64,000 nt of DNA. Source: an uncultured bacterium. GTDB lineage: Bacteria > Zhuqueibacterota > QNDG01 > DTFT01. Below, piece by piece: positions 33,461 through 43,776 of the stretch. The translations under genes were made by a program, and so were the position numbers. The notes beneath the pieces were generated by a model. It ran no database searches. It had not been told where the DNA came from and saw nothing but the letters and a program-made list of their open reading frames with translations. Location: the NCBI GenBank assembly GCA_963736115.1, contig CAVTNR010000010.1, forward strand, positions 96,001 through 160,000, given 5' to 3'. How positions within the stretch are numbered: the stretch's first letter is position 1; every line of letters begins with the position of its first letter.

Positions 33461-34485
33461 AAAAGGCAATCGTTCTGCTGCCGCTGCTCGCGCTTCTGGC
33501 GGGCTGCCGATCCGGCGTGAAAACCCTGCAGGTTTACACCTGGGCCGACTACATCCGGCCCGACCTCATCGGCCGCTTCGAGAAGGAGAACGGCTGCCGC
33601 ATCGTCATCGACACTTTCGAAAGCAATGAAGCCATGTACGCCAAGCTCAAGGCCGGCGCCTCCGGGTACGATATCGTCACGCCCAGCAGTTACATGGTCA
33701 AGATCATGAACGACCAGGGCATGCTCCTGGAACTGGACCATTCCCGTCTGCCCAACCTGAAGCACGTGGACACCGCCTTCCTCAGAATCGCCGTGGACCG
33801 CCGAATGGACCACAGCGTCCCGTACATGATCACCTACGCGGGAATCGGCTTCCTGGCGGACCGGGTGAAGGACGCCGAACCGACCTGGAAGATGCTGGAC
33901 CGGGGCGATCTGCACGGCCGCATGACCGTACTCAACGACATGCGCGAGACCGTGGGCGCGGCGCTCAAGTCGCTCGGCTACAGCCTGAACACCGTTGACG
34001 AAAAACAGCTGGCCGAGGCGCGCGACACGGTCATCCGCTGGAAGAAAAACATCGCCAAATTCGACAATGAACAGTACAAAATCGGCCTGGCCTCGAGCGA
34101 ATTCCTCCTCGTCCACGGATACAGCGGCGACATCCTGAAGGTCCGCGAGGAGAATGACCAGGTCGGCTTCATGCTCCCGAAGGAGGGCTTTTCGCTGTCG
34201 TGCGACGACCTCGTGATCCTCAAGTCGGCCAAACAGGCGGAACTGGCCCATGCCTTCATCAATTTTCTGCACCAGCCGGACGTGGCCGCGGCCAACACTG
34301 AATTCATCCTGTACCTGTGCCCGAATTCTTCGAGCTACACCCTGCTCGGCGATTCGATCAAGTCGGATCCGGGCGTGTTCCCCAGTCCGGAGGCGCTCGC
34401 CAAGGGCGAGATCATCCTCGACCTGGGCGCGGACAACGCGAAATACGTGAAAGTCTGGGATGAAATCAAGGCGGCGGGCGGCTGA
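33457..34485 (+). CDS. potD: Polyamine-binding lipoprotein
   Basis: Lipobox LAGC; YTWADYI, FESNEAMYAKL, YDIVTPSSY, NDMRE, YSGD, PKEG; ATGA overlap with potC. Confidence 0.92.
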   Translation: MKKAIVLLPLLALLAGCRSGVKTLQVYTWADYIRPDLIGRFEKENGCRIVIDTFESNEAMYAKLKAGASGYDIVTPSSYMVKIMNDQGMLLELDHSRLPNLKHVDTAFLRIAVDRRMDHSVPYMITYAGIGFLADRVKDAEPTWKMLDRGDLHGRMTVLNDMRETVGAALKSLGYSLNTVDEKQLAEARDTVIRWKKNIAKFDNEQYKIGLASSEFLLVHGYSGDILKVREENDQVGFMLPKEGFSLSCDDLVILKSAKQAELAHAFINFLHQPDVAAANTEFILYLCPNSSSYTLLGDSIKSDPGVFPSPEALAKGEIILDLGADNAKYVKVWDEIKAAGG

Positions 34486-34501
34486 GAGTCATTCTGACCG
34501 C

Positions 34502-34538
34502 AGAAGTGCCCGGCACCTCTCAGGTGCCGGGCACTTCT
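34502..34538. repeat. Perfect 17-bp inverted repeat built from two internally palindromic REP-like units
   Basis: AGAAGTGCCCGGCACCT-CTC-AGGTGCCGGGCACTTCT. Confidence 0.8.
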
Positions 34539-34553
34539 CATCTCAGAGGAGAT

Positions 34554-34582
34554 CGCCCCGGGGTTCTACCCCGGGGCGTTTT
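34554..34582 (+). terminator. Intrinsic terminator after potD
   Basis: CGCCCCGGGGT-TCT-ACCCCGGGGCG followed by TTTT. Confidence 0.75.
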
Positions 34583-34632
34583 CATTATGGTCCCAAGGTC
34601 TCTGCCCCGGAACACAGAACGGTTTCAATACC

Positions 34633-35928
34633 TCAGAAAACATCCCCAATCGGAAAATTGTTGAGCCGGACCACATGCGACTTGAATTCCGTTCCCCGCA
34701 GTGTATAGGATTCCGATCCGTATCTGGCGTAATGCGTCTCGAACCGGATGCAGGTGATAAGGCGCACGGCAAGATGATCGTTCCATCCCATCAACTCGGA
34801 CAGAATCCGGAACGGCTGAGTGTAATCGATGCCCCATCCTTCCGTATTAAAAACAAGTGCGCCGCCCCTGTCCTCATACCGGCCCTCCCGGATAAAATAA
34901 AAATCCGCCAGATTCAGTTCCAATCCGCTTTTGACGGTAACCGATTTGTCGGCATGACCCATGAAGACATGTTCCCAGGGCTTGATATCGTTGAATACAG
35001 TGGTGTATTCCACTGAAAAGTCCTTTTTATGCCGGATCAATTCGTCCTCCACTTCGCGCGACCAATGCAGGGCGATGATATTAAAACCTTCCCTCTTCCC
35101 CTTGTACCGCAGGCCCGCGTTCCACTGCATGCCCACGGACAGCCGCCGGGGCAGTAAATCCTCAGCCTGAAGTTCCGGGTAATGCACCTTTTCGCCGACA
35201 TTGGCCTCGGTCACGTAAAGCCCAGCATGCAGAAACGGGCGCCAGGGGCGGCCGGTACCGGAACCGACGTTCTTCCTTTTTAGCAGGAGTTCCAGGAGCG
35301 GCGCTTCGACGATGAAGCCGTAATCGCGGACGTCCGCCTCCGTTTCATAAAAACGGGAAGTATCGAGTCCTGCGCCGATGAATTCAGTATGCGACTTGTT
35401 TATTTTCCAGGTCATCCCTATCGCGGCTCGGACCGCGCCATCGTACGCGAAAGCCAGCGTCGTCCCCTTTATTTCCTCCCAGGCGTCTCCCAGATGGTAT
35501 TCACCCTCGGAATGGACATTGTTCTCGTCCAGGTCGGACATCATGTCGTATTTCATCCGGTGCGTGGACAGGCCCACGGATACGGGAATGCGGGTGAACC
35601 GGGCGAGATTGACGCCGAAGGCCATGGATTCCGCGTCAATACTCAGCCCGTCGACTAAAGATGAAAGCCATGCGGTTTTTTCCGGGTATGAGGAATACCC
35701 GAAGAAATTATCCTCGGCGAACAGTCCCGCGCCCGCCGGGTTGTAGCGGCTCCCCATGGGAGAGGTCCTGAAGGTATTCCCGTAAGTCTCGCCCATGGCG
35801 TTTGCTTCCGGCGACGTTGAGATCAGCAGGGAGAGTATGGCGGCATGGGACTGGGCTTGGACATCATGAACAATACCGGAACAAAACAGCGTCCCGCATA
35901 TCAACAGGACCGCGGATTTTGTCTTCAT
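34633..35928 (-). CDS. PorV/PorQ-like (FadL-fold) outer-membrane protein
   Basis: Signal peptide ending VQAQ; LLISTSPEANAMGE and YNPAG N-terminal motifs typical of PorV/FadL barrels; C-terminal Phe. Confidence 0.6.
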   Translation of the reverse strand: MKTKSAVLLICGTLFCSGIVHDVQAQSHAAILSLLISTSPEANAMGETYGNTFRTSPMGSRYNPAGAGLFAEDNFFGYSSYPEKTAWLSSLVDGLSIDAESMAFGVNLARFTRIPVSVGLSTHRMKYDMMSDLDENNVHSEGEYHLGDAWEEIKGTTLAFAYDGAVRAAIGMTWKINKSHTEFIGAGLDTSRFYETEADVRDYGFIVEAPLLELLLKRKNVGSGTGRPWRPFLHAGLYVTEANVGEKVHYPELQAEDLLPRRLSVGMQWNAGLRYKGKREGFNIIALHWSREVEDELIRHKKDFSVEYTTVFNDIKPWEHVFMGHADKSVTVKSGLELNLADFYFIREGRYEDRGGALVFNTEGWGIDYTQPFRILSELMGWNDHLAVRLITCIRFETHYARYGSESYTLRGTEFKSHVVRLNNFPIGDVF

Positions 35929-36089
35929 GCTCTCTCTCCCGTGCTTGAATTTGGCGAATGAATGAACGGCTGAACAATCGCACTTGGCCCTGATGTCCCC
36001 GGCGGCCTGGGTGCCGGCCCTTTCCGGATCCCCAGGCCCGACAGGCGGCCGGGGTTTGCTGATCGATCAGTCTCCGGTAAGCCCGCGGC

Positions 36090-36896
36090 TCACCACAGAA
36101 ACGCGACCGCGCGCTTGCCTAGAATCCGGTCGTCGAATACGACGCGGCCTGGTTTGCCGGCCATGCCGGCGCAGACATGCAGGGGAAGCAGGTGTTCCTC
36201 GCGGGGGTGGCAGTATCGAGCCGAGGGCGCCTTCTCCCATTCCGTCAGGCGGGTCTCGCGTTCGGATGGATTCAGCGGGCCCGCGCAGGTTTCGATGAGC
36301 CAGTCCTGGAAAACGTCATTGGCCGGATCCGGACTGTTCTCTCCCTGCCAGTCGAACGCGGAGATATTATGGAAGGAAAATCCGGAACCCACGACCAGCG
36401 TGTTTTCGTTCGAGAGCGCCGCCAGGGCCTTCCCCATCGCGAGATGGCCGGCCGGGTCGAGGCCCCGAATAAGGGAAAGCTGGAGACAGGGAATATCGGC
36501 TTCAGGGAACATCATCTTCAGCGGGATGAAAAGACCGTGGTCGAAACCGCGTTTGCCGTTGACGGCCGAAGCGACGCCGTTCCGCTTCAGAATGCCCGCG
36601 ATCCTTTCCGCGTCGGCCGGACTGCCAGGCGCCGGGTAGGTGATCTCGTAGGCGGCGTCCGGAAACCCGTAGTAATCGTAGAACATTTCCGGATTTTTAG
36701 CGCCGAGCAGAGTCGCTTCCTTCTCCTCCCAGTGGGCGCTGATCACCAGGATGAGTTCCGGCCTGGGGAGACGGGCCGGCAGGGCCTTCATGAAATCGAT
36801 CATGGCCCGGTGGGAGGCGTCGCCCAGGATGGGCAGGGGTCCCCCGCCGTGACTGAAGTACACGATGCGGGCCTTGGGTTCGGGATCGCCGGCCAT
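36090..36896 (-). CDS. LigB-family class III extradiol dioxygenase (DODA/YgiD-like)
   Basis: FSHGGGP, ISAHWE, YDYYGFP, RGFDHG, GSGFSFHN, HPREEHLLPL. Confidence 0.92.
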   Translation of the reverse strand: MAGDPEPKARIVYFSHGGGPLPILGDASHRAMIDFMKALPARLPRPELILVISAHWEEKEATLLGAKNPEMFYDYYGFPDAAYEITYPAPGSPADAERIAGILKRNGVASAVNGKRGFDHGLFIPLKMMFPEADIPCLQLSLIRGLDPAGHLAMGKALAALSNENTLVVGSGFSFHNISAFDWQGENSPDPANDVFQDWLIETCAGPLNPSERETRLTEWEKAPSARYCHPREEHLLPLHVCAGMAGKPGRVVFDDRILGKRAVAFLW

Positions 36897-36991
36897 TTGA
36901 TGCCCTCGATTGCACGCTGTCCGTGACCTGGTCATCAGCCTCCCGCGGGTTGGTACAAACCCGCGGGAGGTTTTAGAAGTAGCATCCGAAT

Positions 36992-37609
36992 TTATCCTCC
37001 CAGCCTGAACCGCACTCCGAACAGGGACGTGACGACCAGCGGCGCTCCGGGTATGAGCGACCACTGCAGTTCCGTCCGGTCGGTGATACGGCGGAGGTAT
37101 TCCAGCTCGAGCGCGGTCATGAACAGCCTGTACTGCCATCCCTTCCACACGCGGTCTCCGTAAAACTCGTCGTCCACGTATCCTTTGAACCGGTGCCAGT
37201 CTCGCCGGTAACTCAGGATGGGGCCTATGCCGACATTGAACCCGTTTCCCCTCCAATAGCCCTGGATCCGGGGCCCCATGTGCAGGCATCCGGCGTTGAC
37301 GAAGGCGCAGTCGCGATAGAACGAAGAGGTGAAGCGGAAGAAGAACCTGTCGTTCAGCCTGTAGTCCGCGTTGGCAGCCGCGCCGACGGACAGCACGAGG
37401 TACGCTTTTTTATCGAGTTTCAGGGGATACACCTCGGGCGTGTTCCCTCCGTGCGGATGCAGAGTCACGCCGAGGTACTGGAGGGACAGGTGCCAGGGAG
37501 ACGGTTTCAGATGATCCGCTTCCGCCGGCCTGCCGGATGATTCCGGAGTCTGCAGGAGCGCGACTGCCAGGATCAGGATTGGAATGGAAAACCGCACTCG
37601 TTCATTCAT
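36992..37609 (-). CDS. Hypothetical exported protein, probable small beta-barrel
   Basis: Signal peptide; aromatic-rich amphipathic strands; ends LFGVRFRLGG. Confidence 0.6.
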   Translation of the reverse strand: MNERVRFSIPILILAVALLQTPESSGRPAEADHLKPSPWHLSLQYLGVTLHPHGGNTPEVYPLKLDKKAYLVLSVGAAANADYRLNDRFFFRFTSSFYRDCAFVNAGCLHMGPRIQGYWRGNGFNVGIGPILSYRRDWHRFKGYVDDEFYGDRVWKGWQYRLFMTALELEYLRRITDRTELQWSLIPGAPLVVTSLFGVRFRLGG

Positions 37610-37666
37610 CGATGCGTCAACCTTTCGGAATCAATGTTCAGCCGCAAGGCGGGCTAAAAGTCAAAC

Positions 37667-38008
37667 TCACAGTTCCGGAGGGGACCATTCGAGTCCGCAG
37701 GAGCCGCATCGAAGAAACATCTTCCGTTGGTAGTGTTTCAATGCGCCCGCGCACCGGATGAAAACGGAGGACGCGAACAGGAACAGAATCACACAAAGGG
37801 TCGCCGCGAGGTCGGCTCCCCTGCTGAACAGAACCAGCGAGAACGCGAGGATGCATGCGCACAGGCAGAACACGGCCGCCAGGATAACGCGGGCCATGCC
37901 CGTTGAAACCCATTTCCAGAACGCCGGCATTCCGAGCACCCGGATCGGGTAAATGTGATCCACTCTCAAAACGGATGTATCCGTTCCCCCGCACTTGAGG
38001 CATTGCAT
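37667..38008 (-). CDS. Small membrane protein with a split zinc ribbon
   Basis: MQCLKCG...two hydrophobic helices...RCGSCGLEW; upstream purine-rich RBS GGGGAAAAG. Confidence 0.6.
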   Translation of the reverse strand: MQCLKCGGTDTSVLRVDHIYPIRVLGMPAFWKWVSTGMARVILAAVFCLCACILAFSLVLFSRGADLAATLCVILFLFASSVFIRCAGALKHYQRKMFLRCGSCGLEWSPPEL

Positions 38009-38058
38009 CAGATGTCTTTTCCCCTGTTTGAACAGCCGCTCGCGGCCGGTGTGCGCGA

Positions 38059-39533
38059 TCAGCGCACCAGCAGGACCTTCCCGGTCGCGGTATGCCCGGC
38101 GGCGCGGACGTGGAGCAGATACACGCCTGCCGCCAGTCCGGCGGTGTTCCATTGCACGCGGTTCGAACCGGCCGCAAGGCGGAATTCTCCGAGACGGGCC
38201 GCGGTCTGCCCGAGCGCGTTATAGATCCGGAGTGTCCGCGGTTCCGGCGGCCGCCATGTGCAGGCGAATCTCCGTGACGGATGATCCCGGCCGGCTCGAC
38301 GCGGTTACGCGGCAGGGCGCTGTACCGCGGCCCGGTTCCCGCGCAAGGCGGACCGACGTGGCCGAGGCGTAACCCTCCATCAGCGCGTCCAGGGCGCCCT
38401 GGTCATAGACTGATCCGTCGTTCCGGTTGAACAGGGTCATGGTGTTGTTGCCGATGTATCCGGCGTCCCAGTAGACCGGAATCAGGCCGTGACGGACCAT
38501 GGACGCGGTGACGGTACCGGTAATAGTGCTCCCGTGAGGCCACGTGCAGGTCCAGGTCCTCGCCGGTCAGGGAGAGACGCTTGACCACGCCGTATTCTCC
38601 CAAAATCACGGGAATGCCCTTGTCCACGAATTTCGTCTTGATCTTCTGAAAATACTGGTCCGACGCGCTTTCCTCGCCCCATGTGGCGTTCCGGTCCGGA
38701 TGCGTCGTGGAACGGTAATCCTTCCCCCAGAACCAGAACATCCTTCCCCAGCTCTCGTCCTGCGTCAGGCCGCAGAATTGCCACGGCGTGTAATAGTGCA
38801 CCTCGGCCATGAGCCGGTTGTCGATGACGTCCACGGGCCAGGCGGACATCAGATTCACGGTCTTGTCGATATCCGTGGACGGGCCCTGGATGACCAGGAC
38901 GCGCGACGCGTTGTTCCCGCCCGTGGCGCGCACCGCGTCGATGAAGGTCTGGTGATAGGTCATCAGAACCGCCATCTGGCCTGCGTTGTCCACGTTGGGC
39001 TCGTTCGCGCCCGCGAAAAGGAGGCGCTCGTCGTAATCCCGGAACCATTCCGCAATCTGCGTCCAGTAGGATTCCTGCTTCTCGTTGACCGATTCCTGCT
39101 TGTCCGTGGTGACGTTGTTCTCCAGCCAGCCGCCGTCCCAGTGGCAGTTCAGGATCACCCACAGGTTGTTCTCATAGCAGTAATCAACAACGGCTTGCAC
39201 GCGCGCGAGCCAGGTCGGTTCGATCTGCAGGGTCGACTGATCAGCGTGGCTGTCCCAGGCAACCGGGATGCGGATGACGTTGAATCCGGCTTCGCTGACC
39301 GCGTCGATGAGTTCCTGGTCGATTTTCGGGTTTCCCCAGGAGGTCTCTCCGCCCGGCGGCTCGAGGCTGTTGCCGGTGTTCCATCCCATGGTCATCTGCG
39401 CCGCGATTTCCTGCGCGGTGGGAAGTTGGGCGAAAAGCGGTGTTCCGGTTGAAAGACCGATGATGATCGTGGAAAATATGGCAGCCCTTGACGCTGCCCG
39501 GAGGATTCTCAGGAACCGGCTGGAATCTAACAT
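38059..39533 (-). CDS. GH5 (subfamily 4-like) endoglucanase/xyloglucanase with T9SS-like C-terminal domain; two apparent +1 frameshifts (38513-14, 38236-37)
   Basis: GWNTGNSLE, IRIPVAW, ILNCHWD, GANEP, EVHYYTPW, ILGEYG; rejoined tail IPVYWDAG...LRIYNALGQ...AAGVYLL...GKVLLVR. Confidence 0.88.
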
Positions 39534-39730
39534 CAGAAGATCTCCTTAAACGCTTAAGTCGTTTAATAATAAAACCCTGCTTGGATGATAGAAACCCTTC
39601 AATATATTAACCGGGTGTTGGCTGATTAAATTATTGATTTTAATTTATAGACTCAGGCAATTGAAATCAAGACGATTCTCTTCCCTCCGGCTCCCGGAAG
39701 AAGATGTCTATAAAATATAGCTCCTCTGCT

Positions 39731-40132
39731 TCAGGGTCGACTTTTAAGGCTCTTCTTTTTTTTATTCTTACCGGGGTTTTTAACTTTCGTCTCTTTCACG
39801 TTTCGTTTCTTCGCCGGCTTTTTCATTTTGGGTTCCGGCAGCTCACTTGCCGTTCTCCGGACGAGTTCGGCCATCCATTCACGGTCATCGATGCGGTCTT
39901 CGATCAGGAAGTAATTCCTGGCGCCTGGATAAGGCGGCGATTCGAGGACGTGCTCCAGGAATGACCTGCCGAAATCGGTCGGTTTGACATAGAACTGATT
40001 GTCGCAGATCAATGCGATCACTTTTTTGTCGCAGTACACCGCGTATTCGCCGAACATTTTCCTGTATGAAATTGCGCCGGCATTTCCGATCTGATCGACG
40101 ATGAATTTGACGAATTCAATGTCTGATGCCAT
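39731..40132 (-). CDS. TfoX/Sxy N-terminal domain protein with Lys-rich tail
   Basis: YRKMFGEYAVY, ICDNQFYVKPT, PPYPGA. Confidence 0.85.
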   Translation of the reverse strand: MASDIEFVKFIVDQIGNAGAISYRKMFGEYAVYCDKKVIALICDNQFYVKPTDFGRSFLEHVLESPPYPGARNYFLIEDRIDDREWMAELVRRTASELPEPKMKKPAKKRNVKETKVKNPGKNKKKKSLKSRP

Positions 40133-40216
40133 GGGAGTCCCTGTACGCGTGAAGTGAAGTTACAGCCTCGTGACTCGCTCACATGCGGTAGTCGGACCGC
40201 TGCTTCCGTTTAAATT

Positions 40217-41113
40217 CTATTCCAGGATGTATTGACCGTCTAATCTCACGATCGCGCCGCCTCCGAACCACACACGGGCATTTTTTCCGCCGTCTCCGCG
40301 GGAAAAGAGTCGGACAAAATTCGGCGTATCGCGAAAGCCGTTTTGCTCGATCCGCATCTTCTCCCCCTGCCACAGTCCTTGCGCGAGAAGGTAATAACCG
40401 AAAGCCGAATTTCCGGATCCGGTCGCGGGATCCTCCAGATATCCGAACACAGGCGCGAATACGCGCGTTCGATACCGGCTCTCCGGAAATGCGACTTCCC
40501 GCGAATAGAGAAGAACAATGTCTGCCTGCATCTCAAGGCAGAATTCCTTGAGTTTCCGGGGCTCGGGAGAGACATCGAGAATGGGCGCCAACCCCGCCGT
40601 CGGGACGATCAATGTCTCCAATCCGCCGTTCACAATCTGAATTGGATGTGATTGATCCAGAGTGTCAAGCGGACAGTTCAACGCCGAAGCGATTTCCGCC
40701 GGATCGATCTTTTTATCGGCAAACTTGGGAGGCGGGGCTGACACATAAACGCTCTTCTCGTCCCGATACCGGTTCTCCACCGCCAACCGGGCAGTCCGCG
40801 TGGCAATTGTCAATTCGGTTCGCGATTGCATTGCTTCATTGTTCGCGACAAGGTCATTCATAATGGCAATCGTTGCATGACCGCAGAAAGCCACTTCCCG
40901 CTCCGAGGAATAATAGCGCAATTCGTAATCCGTTTCCGTTCCGGGGCTGGCATATCCGACTTCGCTGACACATCCCTTCAGCTCTTTCGCGATCCGCAGT
41001 TTCTCTGCTTCGGACAGATCATTTTGTTGATCCAGATAAACAACCGCGGCGGGATTCCCGGCGGAAATTCCGGATGCGAATGCGTCGATTTTCCTGAACC
41101 TGAGCTTTTTCAT
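40217..41113 (-). CDS. PhzF-family isomerase/epimerase
   Basis: IDAF, GNPAAV, EVAFCGHATIA, EDPATGSGN. Confidence 0.92.
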   Translation of the reverse strand: MKKLRFRKIDAFASGISAGNPAAVVYLDQQNDLSEAEKLRIAKELKGCVSEVGYASPGTETDYELRYYSSEREVAFCGHATIAIMNDLVANNEAMQSRTELTIATRTARLAVENRYRDEKSVYVSAPPPKFADKKIDPAEIASALNCPLDTLDQSHPIQIVNGGLETLIVPTAGLAPILDVSPEPRKLKEFCLEMQADIVLLYSREVAFPESRYRTRVFAPVFGYLEDPATGSGNSAFGYYLLAQGLWQGEKMRIEQNGFRDTPNFVRLFSRGDGGKNARVWFGGGAIVRLDGQYILE

Positions 41114-41185
41114 GGCTTAGCTGTCACGCCTTTCATAATCGAAACCGATGAAACAAACCGTCCAAATCCCTGGACACCCGGCCGT

Positions 41186-43748
41186 CTACCGGTTGATCAC
41201 TCCTTTGAAATCCAGGCTGATTTTCTCCCGGATATCGACCGATCTGTTCGAAGGCCCGTTTGAGTACCATCAATTCGGTCTCCGAGCACTCCGCCGGATC
41301 GACTTCGTTGTCCGGAGCAAGCCGCTCGGACAGCTGACGCGCCTGGTGCTGGAACCGTTTTCGCATCAGCATGGAATAGAACTCCACGGTTTCCTGGTGG
41401 AACTTCCTCGAGAAAACATTCGCCTCATACAAAAGGGAGAGCCGCTCCAGGGTATGGGTGGCCGTAATTTCATGCCTCAACGCGTAAAGCCGGGCCCCGT
41501 CCACGACCGGCAGGATAACCTTTTTTATGTCAAATGGGTTTTTCAGCTTCTGCGTATTCTCCGGAAGCTCCCATCTCAAAACGCTCTCGGAAAGATACAG
41601 GAAAAAGGCGTGGTTGCCAGTGATCAGGGACTTTAAATGAGCTTGGAGCGACTCCACGATCTCCCCGCTTCCGGACAGCAGGCGGAAATCGAAGAAAATC
41701 TTGGCTTCGAGAAGATTCTGCGGATTCGCCGTGGTCACCCATTCCGTGAAAAGGTTTTTCCATACGGACAGAGGCTGACACCATCGGGGATTCTTCGCCA
41801 TGACGCCGCCCGGGCAAAATCGGTATCCGACGGCGTCCAGTGCCCCGCAGACCTGCTCCCCCAGACGGAGGAAATAGTCCCGTGCGGCCTCTTCCGATTC
41901 CGGCGCCGGTTCCGCGTACACGATGGCGTTGTCCTGGTCCGTGCGGAGCGTCTGCTCCTTCCGGCCGTCGCTCCCGAGTCCGATGAAGGCGAAGGGGACC
42001 GGCGGTTCGCCGAGATAGGCTATCGCCAGCGAGACGATACGCCGGGTGAACGCGCTGGAGATCGCGGTCGTCAACCGGGTGATGTCCGCGACGCCCGCCC
42101 CCCTTTCGATCACCGTCCTCACCAGGAACAGAAGCCGGTCGGTTTGTCCCGGTAAATCCCGCAGGGAAGGAAGGGTTTCAATTCGCCGGAGAAAGGCGAG
42201 ATAGGATGCGTGAAAGGCCCCCTGGATCTCCCGCGCATGCACGAGTCCTGCCGGCCGGCCGGCGGCGTCGCGGACCGCCACATGGGAGATGGCGTTCTCG
42301 GTAAAAACCTGAAGCGCGTCGATGACCGTAGAGGTCCCTTGCAGGGAAATGACCGGCGCCGTCATCACTGAGTGAACCGGGGCGTCGAGGCTGCCCTGTC
42401 TGGCCAGCACCCGTTCGCAGACATCCCCTTCGGTGACGATTCCCACCGCCGCACCGCCGGAAGCGGTGACCAGAACGGCATCCCGCCGCTCACGCGCCAT
42501 GAGACCGACGGCCTGCCCGACCGTGGAATGCATGTCGCACGACGGGGCGGGTTCCACGAACGGTTGGAGGGGCTGGCCGAGCAGGACGACGGACAAATGG
42601 AGATCTGAAAGCAAATTTTCGTTTTCGCTGTCCGTTCGTTTCTGTTCGGTGACGTCTTCCATCAAACCGTCGCAGGCCAGCGGCCGGCCCTGTTTATCGC
42701 GGACAAGAACGGCTGAAAGGGAGACGATGGCCCGCGTTCCATCCAGACGCCGGACGGCGGCTGCCCAATCCCTGACGATCCCCTGCCCTAAGAGCGCATC
42801 GAAGAACTTTCTGCCCTCGTGCGCTTCGTCGAAAAACTCGAAAAGACTTGAGGCCAGAAGCCGGTCTTTGTCCGGGGCGCCCAGAATGGCCCCGGCGGCC
42901 GGGTTGACCTCGAGAAATTTCCCCTCCCGGACGGAGGCGATCCGGAATACGCCGAGGGAGAGCCGGTTCGTCAGGGCCTGGTATTTTTCCTGGCTGCTGT
43001 CGAGGGCATCTTCGATCTGCTTGTGCCGGCTGATGTCCTTCACGCTCAGGACGATGCCGTCCGTGCGGGCCAGGTGGATGGGGGAAATTCCGATCAGGAC
43101 ATCCAGAACCCCGCCGTTCCGGGTCCTGATTTTCGTCTCGACCTGTTCAATTTTCAATTCCCTGCCCGCAACAGGCATGAATTGCCTGAAATCGAAGGTG
43201 TCCGTCCGGGGCGGCTCGGGGAAGAGTTGCGTGAACGGCGGTTCATCCTGGGTATTTTCGGGATAACCGAGCATGGCGTAGAGGGTTTTATTGCAGAAGA
43301 CCTCCCGGCCGGTCGTCACCATGATCAATCCTTCCGTGGAGGATTCAACAAGGGCCCTGTATTTTTCCCGCGAGTCATGGAGCTCGCGTTCGGCCCGCTG
43401 CCGCCGGCTTTCGGCCCTGAGATTCTGGAAAGCGATGAAGGCCAGGAGCAGTGAGATGATGACGGTGATGCCGATGGAGAGGTTGATGATTTTCCGTTCC
43501 AGCGCCGCCAATTCGATCTGGACGTCCTCGATGTAGATCCCGGTTCCGACGATCCATCCCCAGGCCGTGAAACCCTTGACGAACGAGAGCTTGGGGACGA
43601 TCCGGGTCGAATCGTCCTTCCACTGCCATGTGTAGTCAACGTAACCCTCGGTCGATTCCTCCACCGTCTCCGCCATCTCCACGAACAGGCGTTTTCCGTA
43701 CGAATCCTCGAAATTCGAGAGGCTTTTCCCATCCAGGTCGGGCCGGTA
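41186..43748 (-). CDS. Cache-TM-PAS-PAS-CBS pair-DUF294 nucleotidyltransferase sensor; 5' truncated at the junction; apparent +1 frameshift at 41239-40
   Basis: GYVDYTWQW...KLSFV...WGWIVGTGIY (single Cache); one TM helix; two PAS (KDIS, EDVTEQKR); CBS (GIVTEGD, VMTAPV); GSDGRKEQTLRTDQDNA; GGVMAKNPRW; IFFDFR; corrected end IVDIREKISLDFKGVINR*. Confidence 0.85.
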
Positions 43749-43750
43749 TT
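43746..43750. other. Junction between two unrelated genomes or contigs
   Basis: Cache domain is cut just before YRPDL; the right side ends at an RBS (AAAGGGAG) of a missing gene; GC, codon usage and taxonomy switch abruptly. Confidence 0.9.
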
Positions 43751-43776
43751 GTAGTCTCCCTTTAAGTTGTGACCGG

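Noticed and set aside
36897-37289. N-terminal extension of the dioxygenase
   Set aside because: Overlaps the 205-aa upstream gene; family motifs begin after ATG 36896
39545-39700. AT-rich imperfect inverted repeat upstream of GH5
   Set aside because: Weak symmetry expected in AT-rich promoter DNA; no clear operator
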